From Heterodontus francisci (taxonomy: Eukaryota), in the NCBI RefSeq assembly GCF_036365525.1, contig NW_027141968.1, positions 1 to 64,000 of the forward strand: a DNA stretch of 64,000 bases, read 5' to 3'. Both the position numbers and the translations under genes were made by a program. The notes beneath the pieces were generated by a model, which made no database searches, was not told the origin of the DNA, and saw only the letters and a program-made list of their open reading frames with translations. This document shows, one piece after another, positions 11,500 through 26,159 of this stretch (position 1 is the stretch's first letter; each line of letters starts with the position of its first letter).

Positions 11500-11879
11500 C
11501 TACACAGGGACTGAGATGAACCAGTGACATGGCAAATTCCACCCACAGCTCAAACCTCACATTGAATTAATGCAGCTCCAGCTGTGCCTTTGTATGTCTC
11601 ATCCCCTCTCTGTCTCTCTCTCCTGCTGTTTTTCCTACTCCCAATCCTTGTCTGCCTCTTTCATTCACTGTCTGTTCCTCTTTCTTTCCCCCTCACCTTC
11701 TCATTGCATATTCCATCTCTTTCACATGTTCTGACTGACTTCTGTTGCCTCTCCCCCCTTTCTACGTATTTCATCTCTCTGTGTCACATAGTCCCTCTGT
11801 CCATCTTACTTTCATTCACGCCACCCCTTATTCCTTGTCTTATTCTGTTGCATGCTCTGTCCATCTCACTCTCACATTC

Positions 11880-12090
11880 CTAGGACCAGCCAGCAGATGT
11901 CCTTCTCTGAAGGACATTGGTGATCCAGATGCTCTTTTAAAACAATCAATGATAGTTTCATTACTGAGACACGCTTCCAGTTCCAGAATAATGCTAATTA
12001 ATTAATCCAATTTAAATACCACCAGTTGCCATTGTGGGATTTGATCCCATGTCCGCAGAGTATTAGGCAGGGTTTCAGCATTATTAATTC
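11880..12090 (-). mobile_element. tRNA-derived SINE fragment
   Basis: Same family as the SINE at 60-230 (TCAAATCCCAC...AATTAATT...CTGGAA...GTCCTT). Confidence 0.65.
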
Positions 12091-12361
12091 ACTAGCATTA
12101 CTGTCTCTGCTCTCTTTCTCTCTCATCTCTTTCTGTCTGTCTGTCGCTCTCATACACTGTGTAACAATTGTTTTGTTATTGTATTTTTTTTTAAAACGAC
12201 AAATCTGTGCGTTTCCAAAAAAAAAAAATAACGGAAAAGGCTGTTTTGCTCAGTGCACAGTGGGACAGTGGACAGCGAATAGTGTGAATTCCTGCAATGT
12301 TTAGAAAGGAAGTATATAACAATAGTCAAACATTTCGGGTGCCATTAAAGGAAAGGGAACA

Positions 12362-15300
12362 TGTACAAGAACACGACAGACAGTAATTTCAAGGAAACCA
12401 CAAAAATTTGACCTTTCCTCAGGTCAGCTTTTGAGTGACAGGAGTGACACTATGTATGGACATGTGGCCATTATCATTAAGTTTATTTTTACCTCTTAGA
12501 CCCTTTGCAAAGCCTGTGAATTCGACAAAGGGAGGAATTTCAAATCTTTGCTTTGAACTGCCTTGAGCAAGGGACAAATACCCAGAAAAGGGTTACCTCT
12601 CTCTATAAAGGAGCAGTGCATGTCCTGAAAATGAATCCTGCATTTGAAAGGAGGCAAATTACTATTGCCTCCAGTATCTGAAGAATTCCTGGAGGTAGAG
12701 TGGTTCCTGGTGCCTCCTGTGTTTTGGGAGATCCTGAAATCTCAAGAAAGCTTCTACTGCTAGACTGCTGATTTTAAAAACCCAAACAGCTGATTGCCGC
12801 TCCCCTGCTGAAAGACCAGTGTAACATAAGAACAACATAACATAAGAACTAGGAGCGGGAGTAGGCCGCCCGGCCCCTCGAGCCTGCTCCGCCATTCAAA
12901 AAGATCATGGCTGATCTTTTCGTGGACTCAGATCCACTTACCCGCTCTCTCACCGTATCCCTTAATTCCTTTATTGTTCAAAAAGATATCTACCTTAGCT
13001 TCAAAATCATTTACTGAAGTAGCTTCAACTACTTCACTGGGCAATGAATTCCAAAGATTAACAACCCTCTAGGTGAAGAAGTTCCTTCTCAATTCAGTCC
13101 TAAATCTGCTCCCTCTAATCTTGAGGCTATGCCCTCTTGTCCTAGCTTCACCTGCCAGTGGAAACATCCTCTCTGCTTGTATCTTATCTATTCCCTTCAC
13201 AATTTTATGTGTTCCTATAAGATCCCCCCTCATTCTTCTGAATTCCAATGAATACAATCCCAATTTACTTAGACTCTCCTCAAAGGCAACCCCCTCAACT
13301 CCGGAATCAACCTAGTGAACCTCCTCTGCACCCTCTCCAGTGCCAGTACATCCTTTCTCAAGTATGGAGACCAAAACTGCACACAGTACTCCAGGTGCTA
13401 CCTCACCAGCACCTTATACAGCTGCAGCATAACGGCTCTGCTTTTAAACTCAATCCCTTTCGCAATGAAGGACAAAATTCCATTTGCCTTCCTAATTACT
13501 TGCTGTATCTGCAGACCAACCTTCTGCGATTCATGCACAAGGACACCCAGGTCCCTCTGCATAGCAGCATGCAGCAACTTTTTACCATTCAAGTAATAAT
13601 CCTTTTTACTGTTACTCCTACCGAAATGAATGACTTCACAATTATTAACATTGTATTCCATCTGCCAGACCTTTCCCACTCACTCAATGTATGTATGTTC
13701 CTCTGCAAAGTTTCACAGTCATCTGCACACTTTGCTGTGCCACTCATCTTAGTGACATCTGCAAACTTTGACACCCTACACGTGGTCCCCAACTCCAAAT
13801 CATCTATATAAATTGTAAATAATTGCGGTCCCAACACCGATCCCTGAGGCACACCACTAGTGACTGATTGCCAGCCAGAATAACACTCATTTATCCCCAC
13901 TCTCTGCTTCCTGTCAGTCAAACAATCCTCTATCCATGCTAATACTTTACCCCTCACGCCATGCATCCTTATCTTGTGCAGCAGCCTCTTGTGCGGCACC
14001 TTGTTGAAGGCCTATAGGAAATCTAGGTACACCACATCCACTGGGTCCCCATTGTCCACCTTGCTCATAATGTCTTCATAGAATTACAAAAGATTTGTCA
14101 AGCATGACCTGCCCTTCATGAACCCATGCTGCGTCTGCCCAACGGGACAATTTCTATCGAGATGCCCTGCTCTTTCATCCTTGATAATAGACTCAAGCAT
14201 CTTCCCCACGACAGAGGTTAAGCTAATCGGTCTATAATTCCCCATCTTTTGTCTACCTCCCTTTTTAAACAGTGGCGTCACATCTGCTGTTTTCCAATCT
14301 GCTGGGACTACCCCAGAGTCCAGCGAATTTTGGAAAATTACCGCCAGTGCACCTGCTATTTCTCCCACCATTTCTTTTAGTACCCTGGGATGCATTCCAT
14401 CAGGGCCAGGAGAATTATCAATCATTATCTCCATTAGCTTGGCCAACACTACCTCTTCCATAATAATGATTGTTTCCAGGTCCTCACCTACGTTCGTCTC
14501 TTTGTCAATTACTGGCATGTTATTAATGTCCTCCACTGTGAAGACTGATACAAAATACCTGTTCAATGCCTCGGCCATTTTATCATATCCCATAACTAAA
14601 TTCCCCTTCTCATCCTCTAAAGGACCAACGTTTACTTGAGGCACTCTTTTCCGTTTTATATATTTATGGAAACCTTTGCTATCTGTCTTTATATTCTGTG
14701 CTAGTTTTTTCTCATGTTCTATCTTACTTTTCTTTACAGCTCTTTTTGTGGTTTTCTGTTGACCTTTAAAGTTTTCCCAATCTTCTAGTTTCATGTTGTT
14801 TTTGGCCACTTTGTATGCCTTCTCTTTCAATTTGATAGCCTCCCTTATTTCGTTAGACACCCATGGCAGATTACTCCTTTTCTTCCAGTCCTTCCTTTTC
14901 ACTGGAATATACTTTTGCTGAGCACTTTGAAAAATTGCTTTGAAAGTCCTCCACTGCTCGTCAACTGTCCCACCATAAAATCTTTGCTTCCAGTCTACTT
15001 TAGCCAAGTCCTCCCTCATTCTATGGTAGTCCCCCTTGTTCAAGCGCAGGACCCTGGTATTGAATTTTATCTTCATACTCTCCATCTGTATTCTAAATTC
15101 AACCATGTGATCACTCCTTCCAAGAGGATCCCTAACTATGAGGTCATTAATTATTCCTGTCTCATTACATAGGACTAGATCTAGGATAGCTTGCTCCCTC
15201 GTCGGTTCCATTACATACTGTTCAAGAAAACTATCACGGATACACTCAACGAACTCCTCCTCAAGGCTACCCTGACTGAGCTGGTTCGACCAATCTACAT

Positions 15301-18040
15301 GGAGATTATAATCCCCCATGATAATTGCCGTACCATTTTTACAGGCATCAGCTATTTCTTTGTTTATTGCCCGCCCCAATGTGATGTTATTATTTGATGG
15401 ACAATAGACTACGCCTATCAGTGACTTTTTCTTCTTAGAGTTTCTACTTTCCTCCCAAATGGATTCAACCTCATTCTCTGTAGAACCTATATCATCTCTC
15501 AGCAGCCCCCTGATGTTGTCCTTGAATATCAGAGCTACACCACCTCCCTTACCTTCCTGTCTGTCTTTCCGAATAGACTGGTACCCCTGGATACTTAACT
15601 CCCAGTCGTGACCAACCTGTAACCATGTCTCCGTAATGGCTACCAAATCATATTCATTCACGATGATTTGAGCCGTTAACTCATCAACCTTGTTAAGAAT
15701 GCTACGAGCATTCAGGTAAAGTGCCTTTATGCTAGCTTTCTTACCGTCATGATTTCCAACATCTCTAATAATATCTCCTGAGTTATCCTTCCTTTCTGCT
15801 TCATTCATAGTCTGCCTTGAACTTAAACCCTCCTGCACACATGTTAATCTGCTGCTTACCTTTGTATTTATCATCATACTCCCTGTCGTTTTCCCTTTCC
15901 CTTCCCCCCGACTCACTAGTTTAAAGTCCTAGAGACCACCCTATTTATCCTTTTCGCTGGAACACTGGTTCCAGATCTGTTCAGGTGGAGACCCATCGGT
16001 ACAGATCCCCCCGTTCCAAAACTGATGCCAATGCCCCATGAAATGGAACCCCTCTTTCCCACACCACTCCCTTAGCCAAATGTTTACTTCCATAATTTTC
16101 TTATCCCTAAGCCAATTTGCACATGGCTCGGGCAGTAATCCAGAGATTATGACCCTCGAGGACCGGTTCCTTAATTTCATTCCTAGTGCTTTATAATCCC
16201 CAAACAGGTCCTCCATCCTAGCCTTGCCTATGTTGTTAGGCCCAACGTGGATCACAACAAATGGATCCTCCCCCTCCTGCTCCAATATCCTTTCATGCCG
16301 GTCAGAGGTATCCTGCACCCTGGCACCGGGCAGGCGACACACCATGCGGGACTCCCGATCCAGCTTGCAAAGGATACTATCTATCCCCCTAATTATAGAA
16401 TCCCCTATAACTACCACTTGTCTTTTTGCTCCCCCCTCGTGAATGGCCTTCTGCACCATGGTGCCATGGTCAGTTGGCTCATCCTCCCCGCAGCCCTTTT
16501 CCTCATCCACACACGGAGCAAGTATCTCGTACCTGTTGGATAAGGTCAAAGGCTGAGGCTCCTCCACTCCTGAACTCAGGATCCCCCTAACTGCCTCACT
16601 TGCAATCGCACCCTGTTGTCCCTGATCACTAACTGAATTTGAATTACTTAATCTACCAGCTGTGACTGCCTCCTGAAACAAAGCGTCCAGGTAACTCTCC
16701 CCCTCCCGGATGTGCCGCAGTGTTTGAAGCTCAGATTCCAGATCATCAACTCTGAGCCGGAGTTATTCCAGCAACCAATACTTGCTGCAGATGTGGTCAC
16801 AGTCGTTCACAATGGGGTCAGCCAGCTCCCACATCATGCAGCTGCAGCACATCACCTGCCCAGCTATCTCTGCTCAGTTAACTACTTTATTACTTTATAT
16901 AAATTTATGAGTTAAATACTCTGATTCTTCTCTGCTATGGTCTTTTTCAAATAACCAATTAATAGATAAATCAAAAAAGAAAGTAAATTTTTAACCAATC
17001 ACACGATACAGTAGAAATAGAAAAGCTTCCACCAGAGTCCTTTTTTGCCTGCTGCAGTCAAATTGCCTTGAAAACCTTTACAAACTTTTCATCCACATCA
17101 CCTGGGAGACTTCGAGTGACATCAACTTTTCGAATCTGGGACGCATGACCTTGCCAAGGACATCCTACCAAGACACGATAAACTGAATTATTTTTATTAT
17201 TCCTTCTATTCCTAAGAAACAGCTTGAAGCCAAATATCATTTATCGCCGGTTAAGCGTTTTTTAATGTGCATGTGTGTGCATGATCGTTAAGGAAATAAG
17301 GGATTCGTTTTCCCCAGATATCTAGATATATCTAATTAATAGTTAAGGCTTATTATTTACTTTTAAATAAATAATGTTGCTGTTATTTAAATAAAGTTGG
17401 TTTGGTTTGCTTCATTCCAGGGGTGAGGGGAATGCAGTGTTTACTTTGGCTATTTTTCGGTAGCTGGGTAAAGGTATTTGATATTCTATTACCTGTGGAG
17501 GAGTGGGACTGAAGTCAGAGTGCAATACTTCCGCCTTCATCGTAACATATTAACTGTGGGCTTGTCCGGGATCATTCCAATGCTAATTATTTTAATTGTG
17601 AGGGGAGGTAGAATTGAAAGAGAAAAATAAAGGAACCAGGTTTCTTGTGTAATTGGGTAGAGCCTACACCACGTAATGGCATTAGAAATTGCTGCAGCTA
17701 TTCTGGGAACTACGAATGTGTCCGTCAATGACCTGAAAACTTGAACCAAGATTAAACTGAAAGATTGGGCTGCACAATTCGAGTTAAAATTGAGCGCATT
17801 TTGGAAAGAACAGAGATGATTGATGCAGTAGCCCTACATCTGAAATTGGAAGAAGTTAGCATATCAGAGAGTGCTGCAGTTTGATTAGCTAGAGTTCAGT
17901 TAGAATTTAAAAAAAGAAAAAGACCAGGAAAAAATTTGAAAAACTTAAAATGGAGGCTCAGAAAAAGAAGTAAGAACACTTGAACGGGAAAAAGGAACGG
18001 GGGAAAGAGACAGCATTAGTATATTAGCAGTAATTAGTTT
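12362..18040 (+). mobile_element. Gmr1-like Gypsy remnant: LTR (split by a CR1), tRNA-Pro PBS (17555-17572), gag start
   Basis: LTR ends ...CGTAACA at 17547. PBS TGTGGGCTTGTCCGGGAT is 16/18 to TGGGGGCTCGTCCGGGAT. gag MALEIAAAILG... is homologous to 45117 onward. The LTR start is uncertain. Confidence 0.7.
12823..17047 (-). mobile_element. Near full-length CR1 LINE, disrupted (ORF1 esterase, ORF2 APE-RT)
   Basis: ORF1 has GDSII and HVGPNN. ORF2 14084-15916 has NARS, ITETW, GDYN and YRPISLTS. RT pieces are frameshifted. Confidence 0.95.
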
Positions 18041-18049
18041 TTAAATCTA

Positions 18050-18900
18050 AGTTATGGCAGCGCAGTGGGATGTGCCTCCTGTGGTATATGTTTCCGTGAC
18101 AAAGACATCTTCAAGAAATGTCACCGGCTGCACAAGATTGAGCTCCGGGTTTGGAACTTGAGCAGTGACTAACGTCACTGCCGTGCAGCTGCGAGGCAGA
18201 GTACGTTTCAGGGGGTAATCACCCCGGAGTTTAAGAGAGTGCAGGCAGAGAGGGACTGGGTGGCTTCCAGACAGACAAGAAGGACAAGACAGGCTGTACA
18301 GAGTACCCGGAGGGCATCCCACTTTCCAACTGGTATTCAGTTCTGAGTACCGATGGGAAAGAGGGTCTCTTTGGAGAGTGCAGCTAGAGTCGTGACCGGA
18401 GCACCATGGGTGGCCGTGCTCTGCAGGGAGGGAGGAGAAAAGACATGAGAGCAATAGAGGTAGGGGATTCTATAGTTATGGGAACAGATAAGGCGTCTGT
18501 GTTGTTTCAGACGAGATTCCAGGATGGTATGTTGGCTCTCTGGTGTAAGAGTCATGATATCGTCGAGCAGTTACACCTCATTCTAGAGGGCGTGGGTGCA
18601 CAGCCAGAGTTCTTGGTTCACATTGGCACCAACAATATAGGTAGCAAAAGGGATGAGGTCCTGCAGCCTGAGCTTATGGAAATCGGAAAGAGATACCAAA
18701 CAGGACCTCAAACGTTGTGATATGTGGATTATTCCCAAAGCCATGTGCTAGTGAGTATAGAAATAGGAGAATGCACCATATGAATGCATAGCTGGATAGA
18801 TTGTACAGGAGGGAAGGCTTCATATTTCTGGGACAGTCTGGCCAGTTCTGGGTAGGTAGGACCTGTATAAGCCGGACGCAATACACCTGAAGTGGAGAAT
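18050..18900 (+). mobile_element. CR1 ORF1 remnant
   Basis: VGDSIV...LVHIGTNNIGSKRDEVLQ, with stops and frameshifts. Confidence 0.85.
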
Positions 18901-21800
18901 TTTGTGGCTAACCGGTCTATAATACCCTGCCTCCTTTTTAAGTAGTGGGGTGACATTAGCTACCGTCCAATTCTTTGGAACTGTTCCAGAGTCGATAGAA
19001 TTTTGAAAATAAAATAACCAGCAATGCATCTACTATTTCTAGGGCCACTTACTTCACTCCTCTGGGATGTATATTATTAGGGGTCCTGGGAATTTATCTG
19101 CCTTCAATCCCGTCAATTTTCCTAACACCATTTCCCTAACAATACTGATTTCATACAGTTCGTCCTTCTCACGACACCCAATGTTCCCCAACACTTCTGG
19201 GAGGTAATTTGTGTCTTCCTTTGTGAAGACAGAAACAAAGTATGTATTTAATTGGTGTGCCATTTCTTTATTCCCCATGATAAATTTCCACGTTTCTGAC
19301 TGTAAGGGGCCCACATTTGGCTTCACTAATCCTTTCCTCTTCACATACCTATAGAAGCTTTAACCGTCAGTTTTTATGTTCTCAGCAATCTTACTCTCAT
19401 AGTCTATTTTCCCCTTCCTAATCAACCGCTTTGTCCTCTTTTGATGAATTCTAAACTACTCCCAATGCCCAGGTTTGTTGCTTGTTCTGGCCTTTTTATA
19501 TTTCTCCACCTTGGATCTACTGCTGTTGCTAATTTCTTTTGTAAACCACGGTTGAGCCACTCTTCCTGCTTTCTATTTTGCGTCTGACAGGGATGAACAA
19601 TTGTTGTAATTCATCCATGTGCTTTTTAAATGCTAGCCATTGCCAATGCACCATCAACCCTTTAAGCAACGTTCCACAATCTATCATAGCCAACTAGCCC
19701 CTCATACCTTCATAGTTTCCTTTATTTAGATTCAGGACCCGAGGCTCGGAACCAATTCCCTCACTCTCCAACTTAATGAAGAATTCTATCATGTTATGGT
19801 CTCTCTTCCGGAAGGGACCGCCGCACAGCAAGATTCTTAACTAATCACTTCTCATTACACAATACCCAGCCTATAATGACCTGTTCTCTAGTGGTTTCCT
19901 CAATGTATTGGTCTAATCAACCATCACGTATGCACTCCAGGAATTCTTCCTCTCCAGAATTATTGCTAATTCGGTATGCCTAATCTATATGTAGATAAAA
20001 GTCACCCATTATTACAGTTGCACCCTTATTGCATACGTTTCTAATTCCCTGTTAAGTGCCATACTCGATATTGCCACTGCTGTTTGGGGGGTCTATATTT
20101 AACCCCCACCAATGTTTTCTGCCCCTCGGTGTTTTTTAGTTCCACCCATACAGATTCCACTTCAGGATTCCCTCAGCTAATATCCTTCCTCTCTATAGTA
20201 TTGATGTTCTCTTTTCCTAGCAATTCTACTCGACCTACATTTCCTTTTTGACTGTCCTTCTTAAATATTGAATGACCCTGGATATTCAGTTCCCATCCTT
20301 GGTCACCCTACAGTCATGTCTCCATAATCACAATTACATTGTATGCATTTGCATCTATTGGCATGGTTAATTCACCTATCTTATTGTGAATACTCCGCGC
20401 ATTGAGATGCGATGCCTCTACGCTTGTATTTTTAACATTCTTCATCATCTCAGCATTATTTTGCACTATGGCCCTATTTGTTTCTTGCCCTTGATTTCCA
20501 TGCATTTCCATGGACTTTTGCATTTTTGGTTTCCTGTCTTTCGTTTCTATCCGTGTTTCCTCCTCCTCAGTCTCTCTACTAAAGTTCCCATCCTCTGCGA
20601 TTCTAGTTTAAATCCTCCCAAACAAGACTAGCAATCACCCCGTTGAGGACATCGGTCCCGTCCTGCCTGAGTGTAACCCGTCCCGCTTGTACAGGTCCCA
20701 TCTTCCCCAGAACTGGCCCCGATATCCCAGGAATCTAAATCCCTCCGTCCAGCCACGCATTCATCTGGTCTATTCTCCTAACACGTGGCACAGGAAGTAA
20801 TCTTCAGATTACTACTTTTGAGGTATTACTTTTTAATTGCAGGACCTCATCCCTTTTTTATACATATGTCGGTGGTACTAACATGTACCACGACTACTGG
20901 CTGGTCACCCTCCCCCTTCAGAATGTCCTACAGCCGCTACGAGACATCCTTGATACCAGCACCAGTGAGGCAACATACCACCCTGGAGTCTCGTTAACCG
21001 CCATAGAAACGCCTGTCTGTTCCCCTTACAATTGAATCTCGTATCACTATGGCTCTCCCAGCCTTCCCGTCCAGCTTCCTGTGCAGCAGAGCTATCCATG
21101 GTGCCACGGAATTGGCTGTTGCTGCTGTCCCCTGGGAGGCCATCGGCCCAACAGTATTCAAATTGATATACCTATCTGAGGGGGGTATGGCCACAGGGAC
21201 CCCTGCAGTCCCTGCCTGCTCATACTACTCCACCTTGTGTGCACCCATTACTTGTGGTGTGACCACCTCTTTAAACGTTCAATTCACAACGTCCTCAGAA
21301 TCGCGGATGTTCCACATTGAGTCCGTCCGCAGCTCGAGCTCCGTAATGCGGGTAGCCAGCAACTACAGCTGGATGCACTTCCTCCACACACTGGAAGCGT
21401 CCCTGATTTCCCACATAGTGCAGGAGGAGCGTATCATGGGTGCGAGCTCTCCTGCCATGACAACTTTAGATTATTAGTTAGTCCCTATAAATTAACATTC
21501 GTTACAGTAGGGGCCTTATGCTACTCCAAACACTACCCCATACAGTCTAAAGTCCTTAATAAATTGCAGTAATTAAAAAAAACATACTTTAGTATTACTC
21601 ACCTTATCAGTTATACGGTAGGTTTTGAGAGTTAAAAAAAAAACTGCCCCCTTATTTCTTATGCTATTAAAATCCACTAACAGCTGTTACTTACCCAACA
21701 AGTTCGCTTACGATTTTCCCGTGATGTCACTGGAAGTCTTTTCTTCCCCCTCTTTTGATTCTCTTTGAATTGGGGCCATTCGAGTCAGGGCAGGAAGTGC
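18900..21800 (-). mobile_element. Degenerate CR1 (5' UTR, ORF1, endonuclease, start of RT)
   Basis: RDSIVRGTDRRF, LNARSIHNK, NVTPLLKK. Confidence 0.85.
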
Positions 21801-21829
21801 CATCGGCCCTTTAAAGGGAGGTGGTGTGC

Positions 21830-23375
21830 CCATACTTATCCCAACCCTCCCATCTATCTTCCCATTGTTTCATTTTTTCGCCCATGTCGCAGTCATTGTT
21901 GCCCATCGTCGGGGCAGATGGCACCGTGGTGTGGACTCCCTTGATGTGTTTCTGCATCAATCTGATCAGTTGCCGATACGTCTCCAAATTATTACTGTCG
22001 CTTTATCACTTTTTTGTTCTGCCTGAGCTTCCCAACATTTTCTCCTGCGGGTTGGCAGATCATTTGCCTGTCACCCTTGTTGCTTCATTCTCTCTATGAG
22101 TTTTCTGTGTTTCTGGGCAAGGTGGACAGATATACTGCCTTCCCCTCGCCATTGTACCGCAAAGTCCAACTCCGCTTTCTTGATTGCAATCATTTCCACG
22201 CACTCAGAGATCGCCTTGTCTCCCGGAGACCCCCTTCTCTCCCCGTTACAGCTCGAATCTGCCTTCTAACCCATCCTTCCCTTATGCGAACTTACTTTTA
22301 TGAATATTTTTCAATAACTTGAAGTAATACTCACCCAGGTTTCTTCCTGTCTCTCGTGGGGTTGACAGATCCTGCTGACTACTCCAAACTGAAGCGAAGA
22401 ACTTTGTTCTCGCTTCCCACGGTAATAAGACGAGACAGAAGCGTCTTTTCTTCACCAATTTATTCAAACATATGTTCCGTCATAGATCTCACCAACTGTT
22501 CGCCGATCATTTATAGACATTAGTTTAAATATACATTGATATAAATTGCTAAGCTCCATTCACCAATTCCGTACAAACATCATCTTATCAGTATCCAATC
22601 ATGCTGATCGGGTTATTTATTTATTTTATGGCCCTTCGGCCCACCGACTCTGTGCCGACCATCAACCAACCATTTATACTAATCCTACATTCTTACCACA
22701 TCCCCACCTGTCCCTCTATTCCCCGACCACCTACCTATACTAGGGGCAATTTATAATAACCAATTTACCTATCAACGTGCAAGTCTTTTGGAGGAAACCG
22801 GAGCACCCGGCGAAAACCCACGCAGACACAGGGAACATTTTCAAACTCCACACAGGCAGTACCCAGAATTGAACCCGGGTCGCTGGAGCTGTGAGGCTGC
22901 GGTGCTATCCACTGTGCCACTGTGACGCCCGTTGGCGACAAAGGATACAATTCTCCAATCACGAATACTGCATACACTTTTGGTTGCACAATTCTGAAAG
23001 TAGACAGACTTATCCTGTCAAGAGTGAGCCGTTCGTGCACAATTTCTTCAAACAAACTTAGATATTCATTAAAACTTAATAGGTGTCTCGTGTTTTTCAG
23101 TTAATTATTTTCTATCTATATATACGAAGTAGACTTGTCTCATTGCCTTCCATATGTTTCTGCTGAGCGAGCACTCTGTCGTACGTCCTGTCAATAGCTC
23201 TTTACACTTCCATGTTATTTGTTTTTACAGTTCTAAAGAAAGGACATCTGCTGATCTCAGTTCTGCATTCTGTTTTTGCAGATCACTTCTTACGACAGTA
23301 ACAATTTTTTTGACTAAGTGTCCCATTTAACCTACACTAAACTAAACTTCTCATCCCTTAGGCTCCCTTTCAACA
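21830..23375 (-). mobile_element. ERV-like LTR element remnant: 5' LTR, tRNA-Ser PBS (22369-22386), splice donor, gag-like fragment
   Basis: LTR has TATAAA (~22511-22516) and AATAAA (~22460-22465) and ends in CA at 22390. PBS TGGAGTAGTCAGCAGGAT is 16/18 to the tRNA-Ser complement. G|GTGAGT donor at 22335. Broken frame with QWRGEGS and PSAP (21910-21921). The far LTR end is uncertain. Confidence 0.65.
22615..22925 (-). mobile_element. V-SINE (HE1-like) inserted in the LTR
   Basis: Closely similar to 6830-7153. Confidence 0.85.
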
Positions 23376-23389
23376 GTTGAACAGGACTG

Positions 23390-25620
23390 GGATGAAAACC
23401 CTTTCAGGAAGGTTTGCTAGTGCTGTTGGGATGCTTTCAGCTAGTCTGGAAGGAGGATGGGAACCTGAGGGTAGATTCAGATAAGAGAAATTCAGGGCAG
23501 GGAACGGGAGGCAGAAAATAAGCGTGTGAATTTGAGGCTATTTCAGGGTAAATCAACATCTGACATGTGGGAGTCTTTCAAACGTCAGTTGATTAGAATC
23601 CAGTACCAGCATGTTCCTGTGAGGAAGAAGGATAAGTTTGGCAAGTTTCGGGAACCTTGGATAAAGCGGGACATTGTGAGCCTCGTCAAAAAGAAGCGTT
23701 CGGAAGGAATGGAAGGCTAGGAACAGACGAATCCCTTGAGGAACATAAAGACAGTAGGAATGAACTTAAGCAAGGAGTTAGGAGGGCTAAAAGGGGTTAA
23801 GAGAAGTAATTGGCAAATAGGATTAAGGAAAACCCAGGGCTTTGTATACGTATATAAAGAGCGAGAGGGTAACCAAGGAAAGGGTTGGCCCACTCAAGGA
23901 CAGAGAATGGAATCTATGTGTGCAGCCAGAGGAAATGGGCGAGGTGCGAAATGAGTACTTTGCATCAGTATTCAGCAAAGAGAAGGACTTGGTGGATTAT
24001 GAGCCTACGGAAGGGAGGGGAGATAGCCTCAGTCATCTCATTATCTAAAAGGAGGAGTTGTTGGGTGTCTTGCACAGCATTAAGGTAGATAAGTCCCAGG
24101 GCCTGATGGGATCTACCCTCGAATACTGAGGGAGGCAAGGGAAGAAATTTCTGGGGCCTTGATAGAAATCTTTGCATCCTCATTAGCTACAGTGAGGTCC
24201 CAGAGGAATGGAGATTAGTAAATGTTGTTCCTTTGTTTAAGAAGGGTAGCAAGGATAATCTAGGAAATTATAGACCGGTGAGCCTTACGTCAGTGGTAGG
24301 GAAATTATTAGAGAGGATTCTTCCGGACAGGATTTACTTCCATTTGGAAACAAATGAACTTCGCATGGTTTTGTGAAGGGGAGGTCGTGTCTCAATAATT
24401 TGATTGAGTTTTTTGAGGAAGTGACGAAGATGATTGATGAAGGAAGGGCAGTGGATGTTATCTATTTGGACATCAGTAAAGCCTTTGACAAGGTCCGTCA
24501 TGGCAGACTGGTACGCAGGATCAGAGGGGAGCTGTCAAGATGGATACAGAACTGGCTGAGTGGAACAGTGGAAGGGTGTTTTTCTGAATGGAGGGATGTG
24601 ACTAATGATGCTCCACTTGGATAAGTGCTGGGACCTTTGCTGTTTGCAGTATATATAAATGATTTGGAGGAAAATGTAGCTGGTCTGATTAGTAAGTTTG
24701 CTGATGGCACAAAGGTTGGTGGAGTTGCGGACAGTGACGAGGATTGTCAGAGGATACAGCAGGATATAGATCGGTTGGAGACTTGGGCGGAGAAATGGCA
24801 GATGGAGTTTAATCCGGACGAATGTGAGGCAATGCATTTTGGAAGGTCTAATGCAGGTGGGAAGTATACAGTAAATAGCAGAACCCTTAGGAGTATTGAC
24901 AGGCAGAGAGATCTGGGCGTACAGGTCCACAGGTCACTGAAAGTTGCAACGCAGGTGGGTAAGGTAGTCAAGAAGGCATACGGCATGCTTGCCTTCTTCC
25001 CTCGGGGCATAGAGTATAAAAATTGGCAAGTCATGCTGCAGCTGTACAGAACTTTAGTTCGTACACACTTAGAATATTGTGTGCAATTCTGGTTGCCACA
25101 CTACCAGAAGGACGTGGAGGCTTTGGAGAGGGTACAGAAGATGTTCACCAGGATGTTGCCTGGTCTGGAGGGCATTAGCTATGAAGAGAGGTTGGATAAA
25201 CTCGGATTGTTTTCACTGGAACGACGGAGATGGAGGGGCGACAGGATAAAGGTTTACAAAGTTATAAGCGGCATGGACAGAGTGGATAGTCAGAAGCTTT
25301 TTCCCAGGGTGGAAGAGTCAGTTAAGAGGGGACATAGGTTTAAGGTGAAAGGGGCAAAGTTTAGAGGGGATGTGCGAGGCAAGGTTTTTACACAGAGGGT
25401 GGTGAGTGCCTGGAACCTGTTGGAGGGGGAGGTGGTGGAAGCTGGTACCATCGAGATATTTAAGAGGCATCTTGACAAATGCATGAATAGGATGGGAATA
25501 GAGGGATACGGACCCTGGAAGTGCAGAAGGTTTTTGTTTAGGCAGGCATCAAGATCGGCGCAGACTTGGAGGGCCGAATGGCCTGTTCCTGTGCTGTACT
25601 GTTCTTTGTTCTTTGTTGTT
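23390..25620 (+). mobile_element. CR1 ORF2 remnant with internal deletion and intact 3' end
   Basis: GRSCLNNLIEFF, LGPLLF, KFADG, HLEYCVQFW. Confidence 0.92.
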
Positions 25621-25639
25621 TTCTGGCTTTGAAAGGCAG

Positions 25640-26150
25640 AAGAAGCAAAGGTTAAGATGTGGACAGTACAGACATTTGGCAATGTTAAAAGGCATGTATT
25701 TATATGCAAGAAGTATAACAAATAAAGTCGATGAACTGAGGGCAGAACAATATCTTTGCTGTAACGGAAATTTGGCTTAAAGTGGGGGAAAAATGGCAGG
25801 TATATCCCTGGATATAGAGTTTTCAGGCGTGATAGAGAGGGGGGATACAAAGAAGGGGGTATAGCATTATTGGTTAGGGAATTAATAACAGCTGCGGGGA
25901 GAGATGTTATGCTAAATGAATCATCAATTGAGGCCATAAGCGTGGAGCTCTGAAATAAAAAAAGGGAAGCCTCACTACTAGGAGTGCACTATAGACCCCA
26001 AAAAGCAAGAGGGAGATAGAATAACAAATATGTAGGCAAATGTCTGAGTGCAAAAACAATAGGGCAATAATAGTTGAGGATTTCAACTACCCTAATGACA
26101 ATTGGCATACAAGCAGTGTGAAGGGTACAGAAGGCACAACATTCTTAACC
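25640..26150 (+). mobile_element. CR1 endonuclease fragment
   Basis: IPGYRVFRRDREGG, YRP and DFNYP motifs. Confidence 0.75.
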
Positions 26151-26159
26151 CTTCCCTCG

